Source: an uncultured Alphaproteobacteria bacterium
GTDB taxonomy: Bacteria > Pseudomonadota > Alphaproteobacteria > Rhizobiales > Hyphomicrobiaceae
DNA: 64,000 nt
Direction of reading: 5' to 3'
Assembly: GCA_963759735.1 (NCBI GenBank)
Contig: CAVXAF010000002.1
Location: 58,255 to 122,254, forward strand
The notes below the pieces were generated by a model, which was not told where the DNA came from, searched no databases, and worked only from the letters and a program-made list of their open reading frames with translations. Position 1 is the first letter of the stretch, and every line of letters begins with the position of its first letter. Shown piece after piece: positions 1 to 9,923 of this stretch. Both the position numbers and the translations under genes were made by a program.

Positions 1-2
1 GC

Positions 3-416
3 GACGTGCAGGCAGGCCTGTGCGATATCGCCATCGGCAACACCTATTATATGCGCGCCATGCTGAAAAACCCGGACCAGAAGGCCTGGGCCGACGCCGT
101 GCGCATCATCTTCCCGAACGCCGCCGACCGCGGTACGCACGTCAACGTGTCGGGCATCGCCATGACCGCCAACGCGCCCAACAAGGCCAATGCGCTGCGC
201 CTGATGGAATTCCTCGCCTCTCCCGAGGCGCAGCACATCTACGCCGAGGCCAACGGCGAGTATCCCGTTTCCGAAGGCATTGCCGCATCCGACCTCGTGC
301 AGAGCTGGGGGCCGCTGAAGCCCGATCCGCTGCCGATCACTGAGGTTGCCGCGTTGCGCAAAAAAGCTTCTGAACTCATCGACCGTGTGCAATTCGATCA
401 GGGGGCAACAAACTAA
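3..416 (+). CDS. Fe3+ ABC transporter substrate-binding protein (FutA/AfuA type), 5'-truncated by window edge
   Basis: C-terminal motifs CDIAIGNTYY, GTHVNVSG and NGEYPV are typical of Fe3+ binding proteins; an FbpB-type permease follows. Confidence 0.9.
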   Translation, partial: DVQAGLCDIAIGNTYYMRAMLKNPDQKAWADAVRIIFPNAADRGTHVNVSGIAMTANAPNKANALRLMEFLASPEAQHIYAEANGEYPVSEGIAASDLVQSWGPLKPDPLPITEVAALRKKASELIDRVQFDQGATN

Positions 417-940
417 TGTCTGAGATCGACAGGTTCCAAAGAAGCCGCCCGTCCCGCGATGCCGCGATACCGGCAGCCGCTATGCTCCCCGCCGCCGAGC
501 GGCTGGTCGGCGTCGGCTTCCGCTGCTGGCTGCAAGGCTTCCAGACCAGCGACATCGGCTGCTGGGAAGTCGCCTGGCACGAGATCTCGCGCGCCGTCGG
601 CCCGCGCGCTGCCAAGCCGCTGATGACCGAACTCGCCTGCTGGGTCCGCGCCGTGCAGGACTCCGCTGAGCGCCGCATCGAAGTATTCCCGGCACAGTGC
701 CGGCGTTTCTGTCGCGACGAGTGTCTGGCCATCTCCATGGTCGCTGCCTGCCAGCACAGCACCTGCCCCGCCTTCCGTGCCTGCGCCGTAGCGCTGCTCG
801 GCTGCGACGAGGTGGACGAGGCGATCGAAGGCGCCGACAACTTTGCGCGCTGCCTGCGGGAAGCGGGTCAAATCCTGTCGCCCGGCACGGCCTTTATGGG
901 AGCGGGTCTTGTGACCCCGAGCCCGCGCAGCCTCTGCTGA
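416..940 (+). CDS. Cys-rich hypothetical protein (174 aa, 12 Cys)
   Basis: ATG overlaps the upstream stop (TAATG at 414-418); coding-like composition; motifs GFRCW, GCWE, ACWVR, CRRFCRDEC. Confidence 0.75.
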   Translation: MSEIDRFQRSRPSRDAAIPAAAMLPAAERLVGVGFRCWLQGFQTSDIGCWEVAWHEISRAVGPRAAKPLMTELACWVRAVQDSAERRIEVFPAQCRRFCRDECLAISMVAACQHSTCPAFRACAVALLGCDEVDEAIEGADNFARCLREAGQILSPGTAFMGAGLVTPSPRSLC

Positions 941-986
941 GCGTGCCTCGCGCACGCCGACGGGACTACGGAAAGCGGCACGTCCG

Positions 987-2711
987 ATGATGGTGCAAGG
1001 TCCCGAGCCGGCATTGCCGCCTGCGAGCTTTGCGCGTTTCTCCGTCGCGACGTGGAGAGCGCACCGGCAGGGAGTGTCGCCTGCCTGGACCCTGATCACC
1101 GCAGTCATCGTCCTCGTCGGCGCGCTCCCCATCGCGACCGTCATCGTGCTGGCACTCTCTCCAGGCGACAATATCTGGCCGCACCTTGCCTCGACGGTGC
1201 TTCCTGGATCGTTGGCCCGCACGCTGCTGCTGTCGGGCGGCGTTGCCGTAGTCACCTTCGTCGTCGGCACGGCGACCGCGTGGCTCGTCACCATGTACCG
1301 CTTTCCGGCCCGCGAGGTGCTGGATCGACTGCTGGTGCTGCCGCTGGCCGTGCCGACCTACATCATCGCCTACTGCTACGTTGATCTCCTCGATTATGCC
1401 GGTCCGGTGCAGACGCAGCTGCGCGCCACCTTCGGCTTTGTGCGGCCCGGCGATTATTTGTTCCCGGATATTCGCTCGCTGGGCGGAGGCATCTTCGTGA
1501 TGTCGGCGGTGCTCTACCCGTATGTCTATCTGACCGCGCGTGCGAGTTTTGCGCAGCAGTCGGTGTGCGTGCTCGAAGTTGCGCGCACGCTCGGCCGCTC
1601 GCCGCTCGCCACATTCGCCCACGTCGCACTGCCAATGGCACGGCCGGCCATCGCGGCCGGCGTCGCGCTGGTCATCATGGAATGCCTCAACGACCTCGGC
1701 GCCGTGCAGTATCTCGGTATCGACACGCTCTCGGCGGCCATCTTCGCCACCTGGATGCAACGTTCCAGCATCGGCGGGGCAGCGCAACTCGCCACCGTGA
1801 TGCTGTTCCTCATCGTCGCGCTGTTCGCCATCGAACGTGTCGCGCGCGGCGGCGCCCGCAGTCACAACACGACCGGCCGCTACCGCGCCATCCCTTTCCA
1901 GGAGCTTCCCGGCTGGAGGGGCTGGCTTGCGACGGCGCTGGCGGCATTGCCTTTCGTGCTCGGCTTCATAGTGCCGCTGCTGGTGATCGTGCCCGATGCC
2001 GCCACGCATCTCAGCGGCGCGCTGTCGAGCGGCTTTCTCTCCGCGGCCGGCAACAGCCTGCTTCTCTCCGCCATCGCGGCCGCCGTGGCCATCGCCGTGG
2101 CCCTGACACTCGCTTACGCACGACGCATCGACGGCAATAGCTTCATCCGGTTTGCGGGACGCTTCGCGACGCTCGGCTATGCGGTGCCTGGAACTGTGCT
2201 TGCCATCGGTCTGCTCATCCCGCTGGCCGGCCTCGACAACCACATCGATGCCCTCGCACGATCGACGTTCGGCATCTCGACCGGCCTGCTGCTGTCGGGC
2301 TCGTTGTTCGCCATCACCCTCGCCTACGTCATCCGCTTTCTCGCCGTCGCCATGGCGACCATCGAGGCCGGCCTCGACCGGGTGTCTCCCAACCTTGACG
2401 CCGCCGCCCGCACGCTCGGCGAAAGCGCGCTGTCGGTGCTGTGGCGGGTGCATCTGCCGTTGCTCGTCCCGCCGTTGGGGGCCGCTATCCTTTTGGTATT
2501 CGTCGACTGCATGAAGGAGCTGTCCGCCACGCTGCTGCTGCGCCCCTTCAACTTCGAGACGCTGGCGACGCACGTCTACGGACTGGCTTCGATCGAGCAG
2601 CTCGAGCAGGCATCGCTCGGCGCGCTGACCATCGTCATCGCCGGGCTCATTCCCGTTCTGCTGCTGCACGAAGCGATTGCCGGCGGGCGCGCCGGTGGCG
2701 GCGGCCGCTAG
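987..2711 (+). CDS. Fe3+ ABC transporter permease (FbpB/FutB type)
   Basis: 574 aa, highly hydrophobic, two BPD_transp_1 halves (EVARTLG and DAAARTLG loops). Confidence 0.92.
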   Translation: MMVQGPEPALPPASFARFSVATWRAHRQGVSPAWTLITAVIVLVGALPIATVIVLALSPGDNIWPHLASTVLPGSLARTLLLSGGVAVVTFVVGTATAWLVTMYRFPAREVLDRLLVLPLAVPTYIIAYCYVDLLDYAGPVQTQLRATFGFVRPGDYLFPDIRSLGGGIFVMSAVLYPYVYLTARASFAQQSVCVLEVARTLGRSPLATFAHVALPMARPAIAAGVALVIMECLNDLGAVQYLGIDTLSAAIFATWMQRSSIGGAAQLATVMLFLIVALFAIERVARGGARSHNTTGRYRAIPFQELPGWRGWLATALAALPFVLGFIVPLLVIVPDAATHLSGALSSGFLSAAGNSLLLSAIAAAVAIAVALTLAYARRIDGNSFIRFAGRFATLGYAVPGTVLAIGLLIPLAGLDNHIDALARSTFGISTGLLLSGSLFAITLAYVIRFLAVAMATIEAGLDRVSPNLDAAARTLGESALSVLWRVHLPLLVPPLGAAILLVFVDCMKELSATLLLRPFNFETLATHVYGLASIEQLEQASLGALTIVIAGLIPVLLLHEAIAGGRAGGGGR

Positions 2712-2713
2712 CG

Positions 2714-3751
2714 CTATTCGACGGCCTCATCCTCATCGAACGGCTCATCGAGTATCTCGCGTTCCGGCGAGGATCGATCGGCGAACTCCTCCGACCAGCC
2801 GATGTTGAGCAAAGCGTCACCCATGTTGACGATGGGCAGCGTCGTACGCCCGATGATGATGCCGCGGCGCGGCGATCGGACTTCCACCGCCACATCCTCG
2901 TAAGGGTTGGCGACGTGGCCCACCACCTCGTCAACGCTGACCCCATCGCCGATACGCTTGGTGGTGCGGAACACTCCGCCCTCGGGCGAGCGCAGCCAGC
3001 TCGATGCGTTGATCTGCACCGGCGCCTGTCGCTCGACGACCGGATCCACCCCTTCAGCCACGTCGAGCATCTTGATCTTGAACATCACGCCGGTGATACC
3101 GTCGACGCCGGCGCGGATGGCGAACTCGTCGAAGCGCAGCCCCTCGCCGCCCTCATAGCTCAGCACGTCGACACCGGCCGCGCGCGCCGCCTCGCGCAGC
3201 GACCCGGGACGCTCGGGACTTTCAAGCATCACCTCGGCGCCGAAGGCGCGTCCCAGCTCCTGTACCCGCGGACGCTTGCGGAACACGCAGCGGATCTGCG
3301 GCAGGTTGATGCGGTGGATCGGAGCCGTATGCAGGTCGATGCCGACCTGCGAGCGATTGACGATCTCGGTCAGGAACAGATGCGCCAGTCGCGCGGCGAG
3401 CGAACCGTTCGCCGAACCTGGAAACGACCGGTTGAGGTCGCGCCGGTCCGGCAGGTAGCGCGAGCGGCTGATGAAGCCGAAGACATTGACCACCGGCACG
3501 CACAACAACGTGCCGTTGATGCTCTGCGGATTGAGTGTTCGCAGCAGCCGGCGGATGATCTCGACGCCATTGAGTTCATCGCCATGAATGGCTGCCGACA
3601 CGAACATGGTCGGCCCAGGCTGGGCCCCGTGCAGCACATGCACCGGGAGCGTGACGGGCGCGTGATTGGAAAGCTTCGAAATCGGCAGGTCGACCAGCCG
3701 ACGCTCGCCGGGTTCGACGGCCAAGCCTCCCACGACGAACGGCTGCCTCAC
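2714..3751 (-). CDS. Succinylglutamate desuccinylase/aspartoacylase family (M14-like) protein
   Basis: AAIHGDELNG, RRDLNRSFPG and IDLHT Zn-binding motifs; start placed at GTG 3751. Confidence 0.88.
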   Translation of the reverse strand: MRQPFVVGGLAVEPGERRLVDLPISKLSNHAPVTLPVHVLHGAQPGPTMFVSAAIHGDELNGVEIIRRLLRTLNPQSINGTLLCVPVVNVFGFISRSRYLPDRRDLNRSFPGSANGSLAARLAHLFLTEIVNRSQVGIDLHTAPIHRINLPQIRCVFRKRPRVQELGRAFGAEVMLESPERPGSLREAARAAGVDVLSYEGGEGLRFDEFAIRAGVDGITGVMFKIKMLDVAEGVDPVVERQAPVQINASSWLRSPEGGVFRTTKRIGDGVSVDEVVGHVANPYEDVAVEVRSPRRGIIIGRTTLPIVNMGDALLNIGWSEEFADRSSPEREILDEPFDEDEAVE

Positions 3752-4124
3752 GGCGTCGCTCCGATGACGGTGCTCCTTGTGATACGGCGGGGAAGGTGCA
3801 CGAGCGGGCTCACCGACGCAAGCTGCTCGGCGCTCCGCACGACGCAACGAACACAGATGAATTTTTACCGCCCGAAACAGGCGCTTTCAGTGTCCACACG
3901 AAACCTGGTGCAGCTTGTGAATAGCGTGGGCAGTTCGGGACAGACGCCTCGCCATCGCCGTGCGGGAGGTATAGAAATTCGCTGGGGCGTTAAGAAAACT
4001 CCGTGCTTAGCGTCGCTGACGCCAGCTCGCTGCTTGCACCTCGGCAAGGGCGCCTTTATGACTACGATATCCTCTGAGGGATCAAGGTCTACCGCGCGAG
4101 CAGGGATCTAATTCTGGTTCCTTT

Positions 4125-5993
4125 GTGAGCAGAAACCGGGTGGCGCGGCTGAGGCGGCAGAAGTTCATGAAGCGCCAGAAGCAATCGATGCGACGCTACA
4201 CCTGGGCGCTCGCGATCTCTTGCTTCCTTGTCATCCTGCTGGCGGCGCCTCTCCTGGTCAGCGATCGCTATAATCGTCTCGCTCTGCAGAGCGGGGCGGT
4301 CTTTGCCGCTTCGAGCAACAGCTACAGCCTCACCTCGCCTGTGCGGCTGATGAGCGGGCCGAACATCGAGCTCGAGAGCGGAACCTTGTCGGTGCCGCCG
4401 AGCCGTACCGGTCTGGCGCGCGGTGGCCAGATGATCGCCATGCTCATCACCGGCAGCGGCCCGCCAATGACGCTGGAGCACGCCACGTTCACCACGGACT
4501 TCTCAACCCGCGTGCCGACCTTCTCCCAGGATTCCCCGGCCGAAGAAATTGCGCCGCTCGTCAAGGCGCTGCAGCGCATGCAGTTCGACGGTCTGATCGT
4601 GCGCAACAGCATCGTGCGCATAAAGATGTCGGATGGCGCCACGATCGACCTGACCAGCGTGGAAGCATCGATCTCCTCCAAACCCAATGGCACCATCGAA
4701 GCAGCGGGCTCGTTCGACTATCGCGGCGAGAAGGTCGCCTTCGACACGACGCTCGGCGCCAGCCTGGACGCGCAAGGCATGTCGCGCCCGCTGAACACGT
4801 CGTTCACCGGCGCGCTGCTCACCGCCACCCTCGACGGCAGTCTGATGCTCGGCGAGAACCCGCAGCTCCTTTCCCCGCAGAGCGAGCTAAAGGCTCCCGA
4901 CCTGCGAGCGGCAGCGAGCTGGCTCGGCGTCAACTGGCCAACCGGTGGCAAAGGGTTTGGCGCTTTCCGCGCCAAGGGCCAACTGGAATGGATCGAGCGA
5001 ACGATTGCTTTTCAGAATGCTGCTCTTGAGCTCGACGGCAACAGCGCCTCGGGAACGTTGTCGCTGAATTACGCCGGCGAACGGCCGACGGTCGAAGGCA
5101 CCGTTGGCCTCAAGACGCTGGATCTGACGCAATACCTGAAGATCGACGACCCCGAGGCTCAGCAGAAGAGCCTGCTTACATCCGTGCGCGGCACGAGCGG
5201 CCTGGAGTTCCCGCTCATCCGGGCCATCGATGCCGACTTCCGCATCTCGTCCGACAGCGTCACGCTGCCATCAGTCACGATCGGACGCAGCGCGGCAACG
5301 GTTTCACTGCGCGAAGGCAAGATGCTGGCCGACATTGCCGAGCTGGAGTTCGACGACGGAACGCGTGGCGGTGGCCAGATCCGTATCGACATGAGCGGCG
5401 TCAACCCCAACTACAGCGCCCAGGCAAAGTTCGAAGCGGCCGATGTCGGTCGTTCGGTCGAGGCCGTGTTCGGGCACCCGACAGTACAGGGTCGCGGCTC
5501 CATCACCGTCGATCTCAACGCCAGCGGCAATTCCGGCGAGAGCCTGCTTAGCTCCCTCGACGGGAAGCTCAGCGTCTCGCTGGCAGAAGGTGGTCGCGTC
5601 GGACTCGATATCAACAAGCTGGCGGCCGCCGACAGCGAGCCTTTGGCCGCCGCAGCCTGGAACGAGGTCAGCACCGGGGCGATTACGGTCGACAAGCTCG
5701 ACGCGCGTTTCGCCGTCGCCAACGGCGTCGTCAGCATGCAATCGGCTGAGGCGGTGTCCGGCGAGCGCACCTTGAAAGCCGGCGGTACGATCAGCCTGCC
5801 GGAGCGCACGCTGGACCTGCTGCTCGCCGTCAGCAACGTCGCTAAGCCCGCGGCCGAAACCACCGAGACCGGTTCCCTACCGCAGAAACCGCGCGAGTTC
5901 ATCCGCATGCGCGGGACATGGTCGTCGCCGACGATCAGCTCAGGCGGACCGGAACACGGGGCGCCGGTATATGGTCCCCCCAATCCTGGCTGA
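4125..5993 (+). CDS. AsmA family protein
   Basis: N-terminal TM anchor, beta-rich body and AsmA-like C-terminus (LDARFAVANGVV...GGTISLPERTLDL). Confidence 0.8.
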   Translation: MSRNRVARLRRQKFMKRQKQSMRRYTWALAISCFLVILLAAPLLVSDRYNRLALQSGAVFAASSNSYSLTSPVRLMSGPNIELESGTLSVPPSRTGLARGGQMIAMLITGSGPPMTLEHATFTTDFSTRVPTFSQDSPAEEIAPLVKALQRMQFDGLIVRNSIVRIKMSDGATIDLTSVEASISSKPNGTIEAAGSFDYRGEKVAFDTTLGASLDAQGMSRPLNTSFTGALLTATLDGSLMLGENPQLLSPQSELKAPDLRAAASWLGVNWPTGGKGFGAFRAKGQLEWIERTIAFQNAALELDGNSASGTLSLNYAGERPTVEGTVGLKTLDLTQYLKIDDPEAQQKSLLTSVRGTSGLEFPLIRAIDADFRISSDSVTLPSVTIGRSAATVSLREGKMLADIAELEFDDGTRGGGQIRIDMSGVNPNYSAQAKFEAADVGRSVEAVFGHPTVQGRGSITVDLNASGNSGESLLSSLDGKLSVSLAEGGRVGLDINKLAAADSEPLAAAAWNEVSTGAITVDKLDARFAVANGVVSMQSAEAVSGERTLKAGGTISLPERTLDLLLAVSNVAKPAAETTETGSLPQKPREFIRMRGTWSSPTISSGGPEHGAPVYGPPNPG

Positions 5994-7478
5994 TTAGAGC
6001 AAGCGCGAGATGGCCGCCGCGGCCTCGATGCGCTGCTCTCCCGTCATATGCAGCCCACATTTCGTCCGGCGCCACAGAACGTCGTCCGGCTGGCGCGCCC
6101 ATTCGCGATCGCGCAGGTAGATGACCTCCCGCTCCGTGAGACCACCGCCCAGCGAAAGGCCGAGATCGGCCGCGTTACGCGCTTCGCCGAGTACATCGTC
6201 CACGCAGGTGCCGTAGCGGCGCGCCAGGCGTCCGAGATAGGCGGCCTCGAAACCGCGATGACGCCGGCAGAGGTCTTTGATGAGGCCGGCCAGACCACCC
6301 GCGCCGAGGTCGCCGCCCGGCAACGGGCTTTTCGCCGTCCATGCCGGCTTCATCGCGGGGAAATACGGCTCCAGCTTCGTCAGCGCCGCTTCCGCGAGCC
6401 TTCGGTAGGTCGTCAACTTGCCGCCCAGTACCGTCAGCAACGGCGCTCCTGCCGCATCGTCGAGCTCGAAGCGGTAATCGCGCGTCACCGCCGATGCGTT
6501 GGCGGTAGGATCGCTCTCGTAGAGCGGGCGCACGCCGGAATAGGACCACGCGATATCGCCACGCGCGGGCGGATGAGCGAAGAATTCAGCCGCCACACCG
6601 AGCAGGTAGTCTTCTTCCTCATCACCGATCGTGGCGCGCGCGGGATCGCCGTCAAAGGCAACCTCGGTCGTACCGATGAGCGTAAATCGCTCCTCATAGG
6701 GAATGGCGAAAACGACGCGACCGTCGGCGCTCTGGCACAGGTAGGCGTCGTTGGCGCCGGCTATGCGCGGGACAACGACATGACTACCTTTGACGAGCCG
6801 AACCGGTGCTGTCTGCTGCTCAGCGGCACCTGTCATCAGGCTGACATCGCGCACCCAGGGTCCGGCAGCGTTGATCAGGGCGCGACCGTGCACAGTACGC
6901 CTGCCGCCGTCATCCAGCTCCACCTGCCACAGCCCGTCTTGCACGCGCGCCGATGACAGCCGAGTGCGAGTTGCGATGGCCGCACCCCGATCGGCGGCAG
7001 CCCTCGCGTTGAGGACGACGAGCCGCGCATCGTCGACCCGGCAATCCCAGTAGGCGAAACCATGCGTCAGCTCGCGCTGCAGCGCGTAGCCGGCCGGGTC
7101 GCGGCGGAGATCGAGCGAGGCCGAGCCGGGGATAGCGTGGCGCTGGCCAAGGTGGTCGTAGAGAAACAGTCCCGCGCGCAGCATGATCGACGGGCGACCG
7201 CCCGCCACCTGCGGCAGCACAAAGCGCTGCGGCCAGATGATGTGCCCGGCATTGGCGAGCAGCACCTCGCGCTCCTGCAGCGCTTCACGCACCAGACGAA
7301 ATTCGAAATTCTCAAGATAGCGCAGGCCGCCGTGAATGAGCTTGGAACTGGCCCATGACGTCGCCCCGCCGAGATCGCCCTTCTCGACCAGCAGCACCGT
7401 TAGCCCGCGCCCCGCGGCGTCGGCGGCAATGCCGGCGCCGTTGATGCCGCCGCCCACAACGACGAGATCATAGATCAT
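5994..7478 (-). CDS. glpD: Glycerol-3-phosphate dehydrogenase (FAD)
   Basis: VVGGGING, SSKLIHGGLRYLE, GGKLTTYR, DVLWRRTK. Confidence 0.95.
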   Translation of the reverse strand: MIYDLVVVGGGINGAGIAADAAGRGLTVLLVEKGDLGGATSWASSKLIHGGLRYLENFEFRLVREALQEREVLLANAGHIIWPQRFVLPQVAGGRPSIMLRAGLFLYDHLGQRHAIPGSASLDLRRDPAGYALQRELTHGFAYWDCRVDDARLVVLNARAAADRGAAIATRTRLSSARVQDGLWQVELDDGGRRTVHGRALINAAGPWVRDVSLMTGAAEQQTAPVRLVKGSHVVVPRIAGANDAYLCQSADGRVVFAIPYEERFTLIGTTEVAFDGDPARATIGDEEEDYLLGVAAEFFAHPPARGDIAWSYSGVRPLYESDPTANASAVTRDYRFELDDAAGAPLLTVLGGKLTTYRRLAEAALTKLEPYFPAMKPAWTAKSPLPGGDLGAGGLAGLIKDLCRRHRGFEAAYLGRLARRYGTCVDDVLGEARNAADLGLSLGGGLTEREVIYLRDREWARQPDDVLWRRTKCGLHMTGEQRIEAAAAISRLL

Positions 7479-7503
7479 GCCGGCCAGCCTAGCATGGGCC
7501 GTA

Positions 7504-9459
7504 TTACGGCGTCGTTGCGCTGCCGCGCGGTGGCGCTCGCGTCACCAGCGAAACGACCACCAGCGCGACGATGCCCGCCGGCAGGGCCAGCAGCGCGACT
7601 GCTAGGTTGCTGATGCCCCACCAGTCGGCGACCGATCGAGCATGCGCATCCAGCGCCGTCCAAGCCGCGTCCTTGGCGGCGCCTGGCGCGGCTGCGAGCC
7701 AAGCGTCCTTCAGTTCGGCGAAATATTCCTGGGCCGATTGCCCGCCACCTGAGAGGGCCGATGTGGCTTCGAAAAACGGCACGGCGAAATAGTGCGGCCC
7801 GAGGAGGTAGATCAACGTCACGGCGAAACCGGCGAGCATCGCGGCAGCGGCGCCCGCAGATGTCGCGCGCGGCCACCATAGAGCCGCCAACAGCGATGGA
7901 AACAATCCACCCGCTACTAGCACGAAGCTCCATGTTGCAAGCTCGATGATGCCGGCTGGACGCGCCTGTGCGACGAACGCCGCCGCAACCAGCGCGACCG
8001 CGGCCACGCCGTATGACAGCAGGCGGGGCACGCGCGGCAAACGTCCGCCAGGGGCGAAGCTTCCGCCACCGCTCAACGCGCCCACGACGGCGCGCAGCGG
8101 TCCATGTGCCGTCGCCAGCGCCGTCGCCAGACCCGCGGCAGCGATAAACCCGAACGCTGGACCATTGAGTCCCGTGATCTCCGGCAACGCGAGGGTGACG
8201 ATGTCAGGATCGAGCGTGACGTCCTGCAGGCGTAGGCCTGGGGCGGCGTCCGGCAGTGACGCGCAGGCCTGCGCAATTGCGGCCGCATCTGTCGCCGCCT
8301 GGCCGCAGACGTGTACCAGCCCCAGCTTGCCGTAGGCGAAGATCCAGGCCGGGAGTTCGGCGATCGGCGTCCGCTCGGCAATCAGCGTCACCACCGACAG
8401 CTTGGCGTAGGCAGCGACCGCCGGCACGAGCGTCAGCAGCAGGACGACAAAGATCAGCATCCACACGGCCGACCAGCGTGCCGCGGGCACCGACCGGACC
8501 GCACCAAGCTGCCCGGCGATGAGGCTCGGCAGCGCCGCGATGCCGGCGGCAAGTCCCAGCACGATGCCGAGGAAATTGGTCGGCGTCAGCGACAAGAACG
8601 CCGTCAGCATGGGCCGCATGAATGCAGGGTCGGCGAGTTCCTGGTCGAGCAGCGTTTCTTCCAGGCCCTGCAGCTGCCACAACGCATTGGCATAGGCCAG
8701 CTGGGGCACGGGCAAACCGTACCAGGCGGCGGAGAGCTGCACGAGTGGCACGAGCAGGGAGATAATGAGCAGCGGAAAGAGAAGACCGTTCACCCATGAG
8801 GCGCCACCGGCGCCACGCACGATGAAGCAGGCGAACACCGCACAGGCGGCGACCGTCGTTGCCATCCCATAGTCGACGCCGAGCAGGCGCGAGCCGATGA
8901 CGCCGGCGGCCATCAGTTCGGCCGTCAGCAACGCCAACATGGATACGATGACGATGCCTGCGCAGGCGAGGCGCGGGCCGATGCCGGGATAACGAGCACT
9001 GAACAGCTCGGGCAGCGAGGTCGCCCCCGTCTGCGCCCCCATCTCTGCGAGGCGCGGCGCAATCGTCAGTTGCAGCAGCAGGCAACCGGCGCCGAGGCCG
9101 AGGGCAACGGCGAGGCCGTCGTGGCCGTCGGCAAAAATCGCCCCGGCGATCCCGAGGAAGAATGCGGCGGAGACGACACTCGTCGCCCCGGCAAGACCGC
9201 CGAACACCGGCCCTGCAAACCCCGGGCGCCTCGCTGACGCCAGCGCCAGCGCCGCCGCGAGGGCGATGCCCAGCGCCCAGAAGCCACCATCTACCCACGC
9301 TTGCGGCGTGCCGAGAAGCGGCAGCATCGCGAGCCCGCCGATGCCTAATCCGACCGCCAGCGCAAAGGCGGCAACGACGGGTACAGTCCGCGCATGTACC
9401 GGACATGTCGCGGGTTCATGCACCGACATTTCAGCGGTCCTTGGTGTTGCGCGCGGCAC
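7504..9459 (-). CDS. Sodium:solute symporter family transporter (ActP-like)
   Basis: Multi-TM protein with APRLAEMG..SLPELFSARY and GLFPSLLAALWWPRATSAGA; paired with DUF4212. Confidence 0.85.
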   Translation of the reverse strand: MPRATPRTAEMSVHEPATCPVHARTVPVVAAFALAVGLGIGGLAMLPLLGTPQAWVDGGFWALGIALAAALALASARRPGFAGPVFGGLAGATSVVSAAFFLGIAGAIFADGHDGLAVALGLGAGCLLLQLTIAPRLAEMGAQTGATSLPELFSARYPGIGPRLACAGIVIVSMLALLTAELMAAGVIGSRLLGVDYGMATTVAACAVFACFIVRGAGGASWVNGLLFPLLIISLLVPLVQLSAAWYGLPVPQLAYANALWQLQGLEETLLDQELADPAFMRPMLTAFLSLTPTNFLGIVLGLAAGIAALPSLIAGQLGAVRSVPAARWSAVWMLIFVVLLLTLVPAVAAYAKLSVVTLIAERTPIAELPAWIFAYGKLGLVHVCGQAATDAAAIAQACASLPDAAPGLRLQDVTLDPDIVTLALPEITGLNGPAFGFIAAAGLATALATAHGPLRAVVGALSGGGSFAPGGRLPRVPRLLSYGVAAVALVAAAFVAQARPAGIIELATWSFVLVAGGLFPSLLAALWWPRATSAGAAAAMLAGFAVTLIYLLGPHYFAVPFFEATSALSGGGQSAQEYFAELKDAWLAAAPGAAKDAAWTALDAHARSVADWWGISNLAVALLALPAGIVALVVVSLVTRAPPRGSATTP

Positions 9460-9718
9460 GACCGTTCTGCCACCAAGCCGACAGCAAGCCGATGGCTACG
9501 AAGGTCAACAGGATGCCTTGCGCGGCCATGAAGTAGCCGAGCGGAAAAGCCAGCACATCAACGAGATTGAGCGCCTGCACGAAGCTCGGCACCCCAAATG
9601 CGAACAACGCCCAGGCCAGCAGCGCGAAGATGGGTAGCCGCCCGGATAGGCGCGCACCGTCAGATGCCTGTGAAACCTCGCGCACCACGCCCCCCGTCGT
9701 CTGCCGCGGTGTGCGCAC
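9431..9718 (-). CDS. DUF4212 small membrane subunit of the SSS transporter
   Basis: FPLGYFMAAQG signature; overlaps the start of the SSS gene. Confidence 0.85.
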   Translation of the reverse strand: MRTPRQTTGGVVREVSQASDGARLSGRLPIFALLAWALFAFGVPSFVQALNLVDVLAFPLGYFMAAQGILLTFVAIGLLSAWWQNGRAARNTKDR

Positions 9719-9804
9719 CGCTATGCCGCGAAGTTCGCCGCCGTTTGCGACGCCCTCATGGCGGGCGCCGATGCATCGACACTTGCTGCGGGCCGCGCGG
9801 CGCA

Positions 9805-9847
9805 GAAAGATAAAAGGCGGGGCGATACGTCCCCGTATCCCCCCGCC
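9805..9847 (-). terminator. Rho-independent terminator
   Basis: Stem GGCGGGG-C-GATACG / CGTATC-C-CCCCGCC (13 bp, one mismatch, 4-nt loop) followed on the minus strand by TTTTATCTTT. Confidence 0.75.
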
Positions 9848-9917
9848 CTTGGGATCCTCTCCCTAGACTTGGACCTTATTGTTTTTAGGGCCGACTGAGC
9901 AGTCCAAGACTCGCCGG
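9805..9917 (-). ncRNA. Candidate ~110-nt sRNA or attenuated leader with an alpha-r8/suhB-complementary motif
   Basis: Bounded by a promoter at 9924-9952 and a terminator; internal stem CTTGGAC/GTCCAAG; contains AAGTCTAGGGAGAGGA; TSS position is estimated. Confidence 0.5.
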
Positions 9918-9923
9918 CCCCGC

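Noticed and set aside
966-4111. Long antisense or alternate-frame ORFs (966-2669, 2441-4111; likewise 24898-26574, 37452-38867, 42472-44196)
   Set aside because: Shadow ORFs of real genes in high-GC DNA, with no recognisable motifs.
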